DNA from: a virus
IMG/VR virus record: IMGVR_UViG_3300029305_001279
DNA: 64,000 nucleotides
Direction: 5' to 3' (one strand)
Position 1 is the stretch's first letter. Each line of letters starts with the position of its first letter. The notes under the pieces were generated by a model. It was not told where the DNA came from. It saw nothing but the letters and a program-made list of their open reading frames with translations, and did not search any database. Positions 1 through 8,259 of this stretch are shown piece by piece. The position numbers and the translations under genes are program-made.

Positions 1-52
1 ATTACCTCCGGGGCTGATTAACAGCCCCTCCCACCTGAAAGGAGATAATACC

Positions 53-538
53 ATGTGCATGAAGCATCACTATGACCGCAACCGCAAGGCCGTCCAGCAG
101 GCTCTGGACCGCCGGAAGGAAGACGCCCACGAAGCCGCCCAGGATGCCGCCGGACAGGCGCTCCGTGACGAACTTCGCAAAAGCAACCAGAGACGTGAGG
201 CCGCAAAAGTGGCCGCAGAGGACGCTGTGTGCCGCCATGTAGCCCAGGTGGTCAAGGAGACCAACCGGGAGAGCGCGCAGCGGATGGCCCAGCTCCGCCA
301 GGAACATTATCGCCGTGACCGCAAGGCCCTGGAATCCAAGCAGCTGAAGATCTGCCTGCTCCTGACCTTCTTCCCCCTGGTGATGGCAGCTTCCGCAATC
401 CGGCTCCATAATCTGGGTATGGTCAACCTCTGGGTGTCCCTGCCCCTGACCACCCTGGCCTGCACCATCAGCGTGTGGAATTTCGTGGCCTACATCACCC
501 GGAACATGAAGCAGAGGGAGGTGAAACACCATGCCTAA
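53..538 (+). CDS. hypothetical protein with C-terminal hydrophobic segments
   Basis: 161-aa ORF behind SD aaaGGAGAtaataccATG; charged helical N-half, then hydrophobic stretches LLLTFFPLVMAASAI and LPLTTLACTISVWNFVAYI; no family recognised. Confidence 0.5.
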   Translation: MCMKHHYDRNRKAVQQALDRRKEDAHEAAQDAAGQALRDELRKSNQRREAAKVAAEDAVCRHVAQVVKETNRESAQRMAQLRQEHYRRDRKALESKQLKICLLLTFFPLVMAASAIRLHNLGMVNLWVSLPLTTLACTISVWNFVAYITRNMKQREVKHHA

Positions 539-767
539 ATACACCCCCATCTACAGGTGCCTGTTGTGCAACGACGCGGTACAAATCGCAGCTCCGGTGG
601 AAGCTAACCGAGAAGATGTGGAAAAGCTGCTGGAAAAAATCATCAGTCGGCAGGTTCATTTTGAATCCCACCCGGATCTGTGCCAGGTCCCTTCCCGCAT
701 CCAGCATAATTGCAAATTAGGAAGCCTGGGCGTCGCCCACTTCGCCGGCTTCCTGAAAGTTGAGTAA
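531..767 (+). CDS. hypothetical small protein
   Basis: 78-aa ORF overlapping the upstream stop by 8 nt (coupled translation); CxxC in YRCLLCND; no family recognised. Confidence 0.4.
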   Translation: MPKYTPIYRCLLCNDAVQIAAPVEANREDVEKLLEKIISRQVHFESHPDLCQVPSRIQHNCKLGSLGVAHFAGFLKVE

Positions 768-785
768 CAGAAAAGGAGAATTACC

Positions 786-1406
786 ATGAGTATCGAAATG
801 CACACCCTCAAAGCCCGCATCACCTTCCAGGAGGAGGTCCTGGGCACCGCATCCAACAATCCCAACATCCACAGCGAATTCATTGCCAGCAAGGCTGAGG
901 ACGCCAAGAGCATGGAGGAGGAAGTGGCAGCCATCGGCGCTGAAGGCGTGGTCGAAAAGGCCATGACCGTCTTCCCCCGGAACGGATCCGGCAACCCCAT
1001 CCTGTGGGACTACCAGATCAAAGGCTTCTTCAAGGACTCCGCCGCCGCTCTGAAGAAGGTCCCCGGCACCAAGGCCAGCAAGGTCAAGGCATTCAAAAAG
1101 GAGATCGACGGCCTTCTGTTCATCAGTCCCCGCATGATTCCCTTGAACATTCCCTCTTCTCTGGGACACTGCGAACGTCCCCTCCGGGCATCCACTCCCA
1201 TGGGTGAGCGTGTCGCCCTGGCCAACAGCGAAACCGCACCCGCCGGTACCACCATCGAGATTGAGATCCAGTGTCTGACCAAAGATATGCTGGAGCTGGC
1301 CCGGGAGTGTCTGGACTACGGCATCCTCCGCGGCATCGGCCAGTGGCGGAACAGTGGCAAGGGCCGCTTCACGTGGGAGGAGATCGAGGAGAAGAAGAAA
1401 GCCTGA
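786..1406 (+). CDS. hypothetical protein with C-terminal glycine-rich loop
   Basis: 206-aa ORF, SD aaaGGAGAattaccATG; no family recognised; near the C-terminus G-I-G-QWRNS-G-K-G-RF resembles the GhGxxxxxGhG loop of RAMP/Cas6-type proteins (weak signature only). Confidence 0.55.
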   Translation: MSIEMHTLKARITFQEEVLGTASNNPNIHSEFIASKAEDAKSMEEEVAAIGAEGVVEKAMTVFPRNGSGNPILWDYQIKGFFKDSAAALKKVPGTKASKVKAFKKEIDGLLFISPRMIPLNIPSSLGHCERPLRASTPMGERVALANSETAPAGTTIEIEIQCLTKDMLELARECLDYGILRGIGQWRNSGKGRFTWEEIEEKKKA

Positions 1407-1409
1407 TCC

Positions 1410-2225
1410 GCAATGGCACGGTGAAGCATGGAACCGCCGTGCGTCGCCGCGCCTAGCACGGAGCTGCAACGCTAAGGCGATGAATTGCACAGTAATGGCA
1501 GAGCAAGGAGAGGCGTGTCCTCGACCAGCTATGCGAAGCAACGGCGTGGCAAGCCTGGGAATGGCTACGGCTTGGATCGGCACGGAAGGGCAGCGCACTG
1601 CTGAGCAATGGCATGGGATAGAAACGCATTGATCCGCCACGGCATTGCCCTGAGTTGCAGGGAGATGCAAGGCTATGGCAAGGCAACTCCAGGCCACGAG
1701 TTGCACAGCAAAGGCAGGGCCAAGAAAGGAAAAGCACAGCGCGGCCAAGGCATGGCACCGGAACGCTTCGCAAGGGATATGAGCCGCGAAGCAAAGAATT
1801 GAAAAGCATGGCAATGGCAAGGAAAAGAAATGAGTGGCAACGGCAAGGCGAATAGGTGAGAGGCCATGGTTCGCAAAGGCATGGAGCCGCATGGCACCGA
1901 ATCGCAACCTGCAGCAAAGCAAAGGCATAGCCATGGTAAGCTATGAAATGAGGAGCCAAGGCAGAGTGGGGCAATGATTGGGTCAGCTGATCTTTGCACT
2001 GCAATGGCGTAGAAAGGCGATGAAACGAACGGCAATGGCGTAGGTCTGCTGAGCATAGAACGGCTAAGGCAAAGCTATCCCCGGCGAAGCAAAGGCATGG
2101 CGCCACCATGCACCGTATAGCAACGGCAGGGAACTGCGCAGATGTGCGCGGCACCGCTGCGGCATTGCGACGCGCAACACGGCGAAGGCAAAGCATGGAA
2201 AGGCAAGGATAGGCCACCACAAAGA
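1410..2225 (+). other. purine-rich non-coding tract (candidate long ncRNA or protein-binding motif array)
   Basis: About 815 nt without a credible + strand ORF (only 61-92 aa Arg-rich fragments); T-poor; dense degenerate motifs gcaATGGCa / caAAGGCatgg; ends at an intrinsic terminator; antisense ORFs 717..1934 and 1453..2238 are Cys/Ala/Leu low-complexity shadows. Confidence 0.45.
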
Positions 2226-2256
2226 AGAGCCCCGACAACCCCGAGGCTCTTTTTTG
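2226..2256 (+). terminator. rho-independent terminator
   Basis: Hairpin agagccccg / ccgaggctct followed by TTTTTT. Confidence 0.8.
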
Positions 2257-2270
2257 TGCAATATCCCAAA

Positions 2271-2298
2271 TTGAAACACTGCAAAAATCCAGTATAAT
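2271..2298 (+). promoter_or_regulatory. sigma-70-like promoter (cassette copy A)
   Basis: TTGAAA, 16-nt spacer, TATAAT, directly after the terminator; the leader ...cagcaaaaacacagaaatagaacaggaggaaaacagaATG is shared with copies at 54067 and 55348. Confidence 0.55.
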
Positions 2299-2348
2299 AA
2301 CATTGTAAGAACAGCAAAAACACAGAAATAGAACAGGAGGAAAACAGA

Positions 2349-3992
2349 ATGAAAGTCATCAATGACCGCTGCCCCTTGCAGTCGGAATGTGAGCGGAAGA
2401 AGTGCGAGTTCAAGAACCATGAGCTCGACTGCTCCTACTACCATGCCAACTCCCGGCCCGGTTACGAGATCGCAGACCAGGAAGCGAAGCGCTGGTCCTC
2501 GAACAAGCTGACCTTCGACATGGACGAGGACTGGGACGATGACGAGGATCCGGGCGAAGAGGAAGAGCTGGCACCGAGACCCATCAACGGCCTGATGTGC
2601 AAGCTCCCCATCGATAAGCTGGTCCCCCATCCCGACAACCCCCGGAAGGAACTGGGCGACCTGACCGAGCTGGCCGCATCCATCGAGGCCAAGGGTGTGC
2701 TGCAGAACCTGACCGTCGTGGAAGCAGGCGACGACACCTACCGTATCATCATCGGCCACCGTCGGCACGCTGCTGCCAAGCTGGCAGGACTGACGAAATT
2801 GCCCTGTGTCATCGCCGTCATGACACCCCAGGAGCAGTTCGAGACCATGATGGTAGAGAATGTCCACCGCTCCGATCTGACCACCTACGAGCAGGCAGAA
2901 GGCTTCCAGATGATGCTGGACATGGGCGGCAGCGTTGAGGAGGTCGCCGAAAAGACCGGCTTCTCCGAAACCACCATCCGCCGGAGAGTGAAGCTGCTGG
3001 ATCTGGACAAACAGAAGTTCAAGAAGGCAGAGGAGCGCGGAGCCACCATGGGCGACTACCTGAAGTTGAGCGAGATCCAGGACCCCGAGCGCCGTAACAA
3101 GGTACTGGACACCATCGGAACCGCTAACTTCCACAACAGTCTGAAGGATGCCATTGCGGAAGAAAAATTCCTGGCCCGTATGGAGCGTGTGCGGAACTAC
3201 TTCCGGAACGAGCAGGACTGGTGCCGGGAGAAGACGGATGAAGAGATCGGCTATGGCGAGGGCCAGTATTCCTACCATACCGCCTACGACAAGTTCCATG
3301 CCGAAGATCCCAAGGCCCCGAGCAATGTCGGAAACGTTGATTACATCTGGGCCATCACTGCCCCCAACACCGTCACCATCTACAAGAAGGTCATCAAATC
3401 TGCGGAAAAGGCACCGCTGTCCCCCGAAGGCCAGCGGAAGCAGAAACTCAAGGAAGATCTGGAGGAAATCAAGAACGAGCTGAACCGTATTTCCAAGAAC
3501 CACCGGGAGATGCGTGAAGAGTTCATCCATGACTTCACGGCGGTCCATAACTACGAAATGGATATCCAGGAGTTCGCCGCCATGGCGCTGATCCATCAGT
3601 CAGACGGCTATGTTCACAGAATGGACACAGACCGGCTGGGCAATCTTCTGGGCGTCCAGGTCGACAGCAAGGGCATCATGGACGATGCCGGTATGAAGAA
3701 GGCGCTGTTCAATCGTCCCCAGTACGCACTCCTCTGCACTGCCTATGTGTCTCTGGAAGGCCCCGGCCAGAAGTACAACGACTCCGGCTACTGGATTACG
3801 GATGTCGGCTTCCCTCCCGAGCACAAGAAATCCCCCGCGCTGGATCTGATCTATAAAGGCCTGGAATCCATCGGCTATGAGATGTCCGATGAAGAACTGA
3901 TGATGCAGCGCGGTACCCATCCGCTGTACCAAAAGGCCAAGGAGCTGATCGCTGAGTACAAAAAGGCTCAGGAGGATGCAGGCCATGGCTAA
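2349..3992 (+). CDS. ParB/Srx N-terminal domain protein
   Basis: 547 aa; LPIDKLVPHPDNPRKE...GVLQNLTVV...YRIIIGHRRHAAAKLAGL matches the ParB-like nuclease/CTPase N-domain; Cys-rich first 30 aa and an acidic linker. Confidence 0.8.
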   Translation: MKVINDRCPLQSECERKKCEFKNHELDCSYYHANSRPGYEIADQEAKRWSSNKLTFDMDEDWDDDEDPGEEEELAPRPINGLMCKLPIDKLVPHPDNPRKELGDLTELAASIEAKGVLQNLTVVEAGDDTYRIIIGHRRHAAAKLAGLTKLPCVIAVMTPQEQFETMMVENVHRSDLTTYEQAEGFQMMLDMGGSVEEVAEKTGFSETTIRRRVKLLDLDKQKFKKAEERGATMGDYLKLSEIQDPERRNKVLDTIGTANFHNSLKDAIAEEKFLARMERVRNYFRNEQDWCREKTDEEIGYGEGQYSYHTAYDKFHAEDPKAPSNVGNVDYIWAITAPNTVTIYKKVIKSAEKAPLSPEGQRKQKLKEDLEEIKNELNRISKNHREMREEFIHDFTAVHNYEMDIQEFAAMALIHQSDGYVHRMDTDRLGNLLGVQVDSKGIMDDAGMKKALFNRPQYALLCTAYVSLEGPGQKYNDSGYWITDVGFPPEHKKSPALDLIYKGLESIGYEMSDEELMMQRGTHPLYQKAKELIAEYKKAQEDAGHG

Positions 3993-4638
3993 ACAGAAGA
4001 AGCAGAAGAAACAGAGGAAACCGAGCAAGGCCCGTGGTATCATGGGCCGCTCCGATATCCCCTATGCCCAGCGGCTGAACATGCAGCACGATAGCAACAT
4101 CGTTGTCAACCGTGACCATGCAGCAAAGATCGCCATGTTCTGCCTGAGTGCTGCCATGTACGAGGAGAAGGGCGTCGGCTACAAGCGGTTGATTCAATTC
4201 TCCTTCCACTTCAAGGAGGTCGTGGACGAATTCTACGAGGATCCCGATCTGGGCATGGCCCACGCAAAGCACCGGATGGAGCAGATTGGTATGCCGATCT
4301 CCGGTGAGCTGTTCACCATCGACGCGACAGGCAAGACTAAGCGGGAGCACGAAATTGACCTGAACCGTCTGCAGGCTGTTCAGATTGCGCTGATCTGCGG
4401 TTCCATCTCCATGAATGATATGTTCGGCTACGCCAAGGAAGTGCAGCAGCGTATCCTCAAAAAGTCGAACGAGTATTCCGCCCGGTATGCCAAGGAGGGC
4501 GAGAAGTTCCTGCTTGAGAAGATGGAGAAAATCGGCTTCCAAGTCGTGAACGGCGAAGTCATCGGGTACATGGACGATGACGGAAAAATCCTCACACCGA
4601 AGCAATGGATGAAGGAGGCTGGCCATGAGAGCACTTGA
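3985..4638 (+). CDS. hypothetical protein
   Basis: 217 aa from ATG 3985 (SD AGGAGG 9 nt upstream; the track start at 3976 abuts the SD); Lys-rich N-terminus; no family recognised. Confidence 0.5.
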   Translation: MAKQKKQKKQRKPSKARGIMGRSDIPYAQRLNMQHDSNIVVNRDHAAKIAMFCLSAAMYEEKGVGYKRLIQFSFHFKEVVDEFYEDPDLGMAHAKHRMEQIGMPISGELFTIDATGKTKREHEIDLNRLQAVQIALICGSISMNDMFGYAKEVQQRILKKSNEYSARYAKEGEKFLLEKMEKIGFQVVNGEVIGYMDDDGKILTPKQWMKEAGHEST

Positions 4639-5044
4639 TTCTTTGGAAATCTTGAAGGACCTCATTCGTCTGGAAAAGTGGCACGAGGACAACTGGAAAG
4701 ACTTCACCGTCGGCGGTGAGTGTTCCAACTGTGGCAACTGCTGCGGCAACTTCCTCCCTGTCTCCGAAAAGGAGATCCGCACCATCCATCGGTACTTGAA
4801 GAAGCATCCCATCAAGGAGCAGATTCACCGGTACCCAACCGCAACCCCTATTGCTGACTTCACCTGCCCGTTCCGTTCCGACACCGAAAAGAAGTGCCTG
4901 ATTTACGAAGTGCGCCCCATGATCTGCCGGGACTTCCGGTGCGATAAGCCGAAACAGAAGATTTTTGCAGACCGGGATCTGTATCAAGAAAAAAACGGTC
5001 TCTGCGATATGCGCGGAGAATTCTTTGGGAGGAAAATGCTGTGA
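4625..5044 (+). CDS. YkgJ/UPF0153-like cysteine-cluster protein
   Basis: 139 aa; CxxCxxCC (ECSNCGNCCGNF) plus CPF...CLIYEVRPMICRDFRC, the pattern of the YkgJ Zn/Fe-S cluster family. Confidence 0.65.
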   Translation: MRALDSLEILKDLIRLEKWHEDNWKDFTVGGECSNCGNCCGNFLPVSEKEIRTIHRYLKKHPIKEQIHRYPTATPIADFTCPFRSDTEKKCLIYEVRPMICRDFRCDKPKQKIFADRDLYQEKNGLCDMRGEFFGRKML

Positions 5045-5262
5045 TTAAATGCAATATCAACAGGAAGAAGAACAAAGTCTGGGTAAAGAGCGACGGAACC
5101 GCTGAAGAAATGATGTCGGAAACCGCTGCTTTGATCCAGTTGACCTACCAGGGAATCAGGGAGAAGAATCCGGAGGCAGCCAATGGATACAAGCTCCACC
5201 TGCTGGGCCTGCTGCTGGATCCGGAAAGCCCCGTGTGGAAGGAGCCTGACCATGACAAATAA
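5041..5262 (+). CDS. hypothetical small protein
   Basis: 73 aa; GTG start overlapping the upstream stop (GTGA); no family recognised. Confidence 0.35.
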   Translation: MIKCNINRKKNKVWVKSDGTAEEMMSETAALIQLTYQGIREKNPEAANGYKLHLLGLLLDPESPVWKEPDHDK

Positions 5263-5785
5263 GGAACTCGCCAACGAACTGATTATCAGATACGCTGGCT
5301 TACCCCATCCTATGCGCGGCATGATTCAGGAGGCAGCGCGGAGACTGCTTCAGATGGTGCCGGATGATCCGGCCAAGGCGGGAGCCATGGAGGCAGATAG
5401 CCTTCGTCAGCTGGCCGCTGAATGGCCGGTGACGAATAAACCCGGGATAATAACTTCTGACGAATGGCTCCGCTGTGTTTGCATCGCAGCTGCGGATCGG
5501 ATAGATCAGATGTCAGAAACCATCGATTATGGCCGGACCATCAATGCCGAGAACGTCAGGCTGACGGCCGAGCGGGATGCCCTGAAAATCGACAAGCTGA
5601 ACCTGATCGCCATGGTGGAGCAGCTGGAGAAGATCCGGGCAGAACGGGATTCCATGGCTGCGTATTTGAAGAGGACCTCCGAGTGTGGCCTCTGCAAGCA
5701 CTGTTATTGTGCCGAAGACGAGGGTCCCTGTAAATCGTGCTACACCGAGCAGAACTACCCCAAGTGGGAATGGAAAGGAGCATGA
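5252..5785 (+). CDS. hypothetical coiled-coil protein with C-terminal Cys cluster
   Basis: 177 aa from ATG 5252 (ggagcctgaccATG); C-terminal CGLCKHCYC...CKSC. Confidence 0.5.
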   Translation: MTNKELANELIIRYAGLPHPMRGMIQEAARRLLQMVPDDPAKAGAMEADSLRQLAAEWPVTNKPGIITSDEWLRCVCIAAADRIDQMSETIDYGRTINAENVRLTAERDALKIDKLNLIAMVEQLEKIRAERDSMAAYLKRTSECGLCKHCYCAEDEGPCKSCYTEQNYPKWEWKGA

Positions 5786-5787
5786 CC

Positions 5788-6180
5788 ATGGATAGATTGA
5801 CAACTGACAACCGGAGGACGAACCTTCAGACCTTGCTGAATTATGCCTATGCAAAAGACCGTGCCGTGCATCTGGTATTCGGCAACGATGAAGACAACAT
5901 CCCCCTTGCCGAATACATCGCACTTCAGGCCGGTGAGCACGGATGCCGCACAGATCCAAGAGAGGTCATGGAAGGTGGCTGCATGGAATGTGACTGCCCC
6001 ATTGCCATCCTGAACGCGGTAGCCATTCAGGCAGCAGAGCTTCGGGCCCGGCTGATGATGATCGAGGACATCCTTGGCGATACCTACGACCTGGATCACC
6101 TCCGGGAGCTGATGACCGCCGACCGGGAAGGCCGAACTGATAAAACCAAACAAGGAGATCTGAACCATGGAAAACATTGA
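5788..6180 (+). CDS. hypothetical protein
   Basis: 130 aa from ATG 5788 (SD AAAGGAG 7 nt upstream); CMECDC motif; no family recognised. Confidence 0.45.
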   Translation: MDRLTTDNRRTNLQTLLNYAYAKDRAVHLVFGNDEDNIPLAEYIALQAGEHGCRTDPREVMEGGCMECDCPIAILNAVAIQAAELRARLMMIEDILGDTYDLDHLRELMTADREGRTDKTKQGDLNHGKH

Positions 6181-6469
6181 ATTCATCCGATCCAAACTGA
6201 CCAATGCCGAGCTTCTGGCAGGTCTGGCAGAGGAAGCCACCGAACTGGCCCATGCTGCGCTGAAGATACGCCGCGTCATGGATGGCAAGAACTACACGCC
6301 TGTCACCTTCGACGAGGCATTTGCAAACCTCAAGGAAGAAATCGGCGATGTGCTGCTGTGTCTGGAAATGGTGGGCCTCACGGTGGAACTCGAATCCTAC
6401 CGGAAGGACATGGATGCCAAGCTCGAACGCTGGGTGCGCCGGCTGAAAGGTGAAACCAAGGAGGGATGA
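6167..6469 (+). CDS. MazG-like nucleotide pyrophosphohydrolase
   Basis: 100 aa; LAEEATELAHAALK ... EEIGDVLLCLEMV, the paired EExxE/ExxD helices typical of small phage MazG proteins. Confidence 0.65.
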   Translation: MENIEFIRSKLTNAELLAGLAEEATELAHAALKIRRVMDGKNYTPVTFDEAFANLKEEIGDVLLCLEMVGLTVELESYRKDMDAKLERWVRRLKGETKEG

Positions 6470-6569
6470 CCATGGCCGGTACATACCGCCGTTACCCCCT
6501 GTGAGGCATTCGTGATAACTGCCTGCCGAAGCTGTATGGCTTCCTAAAGATTGGAGTCTAAAAATAGCC

Positions 6570-7775
6570 ATGGAAGAAATATCGAGGAGTAACAAGCAAT
6601 GGACCAAGGAAGAAGAGAACTACCTCCAGGAGAAGTGGGGAATAGTGTCTATCCCTAGCATTGCAAAACATCTGGGGCGCTCGGTTCACGCAATCAAGAT
6701 TAGAGCAGGACGAATGGGATTAGGACCAGTCTTGATGGGTGGCGACTATATCACTCTGAACCAACTGCTATACGCCGTAAAAGGCACCAATGCCGGAGGA
6801 AACTACACGCTGAAAAGCTGGGTTGAAAACCGAGGGCTGCCGGTCCACACCAAGAAAGTCGTCAACAACAGATTCCGCGTGGTCTACCTGCATGAATTCT
6901 GGGACTGGGCGGAGAAAAACCGCTCATTCCTGGACTTCTCAAAAATGGAACCGCTCGCCCTGGGAGAAGAACCGCCATGGGTAGCAGAGCAGCGGAAGAA
7001 TGACTTCCACGCGTATTCCCTCCAACGGAAAGACCAATGGACCCCGGACGAGGATTCGCGGCTGAAGATGCTCCTCAATCAGCACAAATATGGATATGCC
7101 GAACTGTCAGAAATGCTCCGCCGGTCAGCCGGAGCCATCCAGAGACGCATCTGCGACCTCGGCATAAAAGAGAGGCCGGTGAAGGCTGATAACCATGGTG
7201 AGAATGCCAAATGGACTGATAGCGACTTCAAAATCCTGGCAGACGGCATCCGCCGAGGCGAAGGTTATACCACAATCAGCAGGAAGATAGGTAAATCCGA
7301 AAAAGCCATAAGAGGGAAAGTCTATTTCGTGTACCTGACCGAAAGTGCCGATAAAGTCCGGGGAATGATGGGAAATGGTCCCTGGGGAGCAGGGGCGCCG
7401 GCGCCGACTGTCAAGCAGGCAATCGTTCTTTCCAGAACCAGGACTGACACGAAACTACAGCTAGAGCGGCTCTGTGATGTCCTGCGGCATCGAGCAAAAC
7501 AGCTGAAGGGAAAGGACTACGACCGGTACTTCCAGCGAGCCATGTGCGACAATTGGGACGACCTCCATGGTGAGTGCAAGGCCGGATGCGAGGACTGTGA
7601 TAGCTGCACCGAGTTCATCCGGATCAGACCCCAATATTGTGTGCGTTGCGGCGCCACATTCTTTGAGCGATCAGAAAACCGTGTGTGCCAACCATGCAGG
7701 GTAGCTCGCCGAAAGATGGCATACAAGAAATACCGGCACCTCTACAAAGAAGTGGCCAAGAAAGAGGAGGACTGA
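6570..7775 (+). CDS. Myb/SANT-like HTH repeat protein with C-terminal zinc-ribbon cluster
   Basis: 401 aa; repeated W-T-x-E-E/D-x-x-L motifs (QWTKEEENYLQEKWG, QWTPDEDSRLKML, KWTDSDFKILADG); C-terminal CEDCDSC...CVRCG...CQPC. Confidence 0.55.
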   Translation: MEEISRSNKQWTKEEENYLQEKWGIVSIPSIAKHLGRSVHAIKIRAGRMGLGPVLMGGDYITLNQLLYAVKGTNAGGNYTLKSWVENRGLPVHTKKVVNNRFRVVYLHEFWDWAEKNRSFLDFSKMEPLALGEEPPWVAEQRKNDFHAYSLQRKDQWTPDEDSRLKMLLNQHKYGYAELSEMLRRSAGAIQRRICDLGIKERPVKADNHGENAKWTDSDFKILADGIRRGEGYTTISRKIGKSEKAIRGKVYFVYLTESADKVRGMMGNGPWGAGAPAPTVKQAIVLSRTRTDTKLQLERLCDVLRHRAKQLKGKDYDRYFQRAMCDNWDDLHGECKAGCEDCDSCTEFIRIRPQYCVRCGATFFERSENRVCQPCRVARRKMAYKKYRHLYKEVAKKEED

Positions 7776-7777
7776 CC

Positions 7778-8026
7778 ATGCCCAAGGGAGTATATGAGCG
7801 GACGCACCATCACACCTATACGGTTTATGACAACCGCAAGGAATACCCGTGTCCGGTCACCATCGGCGGCACGGCGCGGGAGTGTGCAGCTGCCATGGGG
7901 ATCTCCCTGGCCAGCTTCCACACCACCTACACGAAGCTGAAGAACGGAAACAAGAAGGCCACCCGGAAGTGGGATATCTTCCGGGATGGCCCCGGAGATA
8001 CGGAGGAAGAAGAATGTACAAAGTGA
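7778..8026 (+). CDS. hypothetical small protein
   Basis: 82 aa from ATG 7778 behind GAGGAGGACTGACC; no family recognised. Confidence 0.45.
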   Translation: MPKGVYERTHHHTYTVYDNRKEYPCPVTIGGTARECAAAMGISLASFHTTYTKLKNGNKKATRKWDIFRDGPGDTEEEECTK

Positions 8027-8259
8027 GAGCCTGTTTTGAGATCGCCGCAAGCGCCGGCATGGCCTATGATGAGCAGGGCAACCCCAGCTCCATTGGAATG
8101 CAAATCACCATCGGCGAATCCCTGGAGAAAATACCCTACGAAGAGCTGACGAAGAACATCAAAATCGATGCCGTCGCTTCCATGCTGAAAGTGGATCCGG
8201 AGGAGATCACCATCATTACCCCGGAGGAATATGACGAAAGGTACGGTGACGATGAATGA
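8014..8259 (+). CDS. hypothetical small acidic protein
   Basis: 81 aa from ATG 8014 (SD cGGAGGaagaagaATG), overlaps upstream gene end. Confidence 0.45.
   Translation: MYKVRACFEIAASAGMAYDEQGNPSSIGMQITIGESLEKIPYEELTKNIKIDAVASMLKVDPEEITIITPEEYDERYGDDE

Noticed and set aside
717-2238. Long minus-strand ORFs 717..1934 (405 aa) and 1453..2238 (261 aa) covering the purine-rich tract
   Set aside because: The translations are Cys/Ala/Leu/Pro/His low complexity (PCLC, AIRC repeats) with no SD. They overlap a well-supported + strand gene. Their openness follows simply from the T-poor + strand lacking the complements of stop codons.
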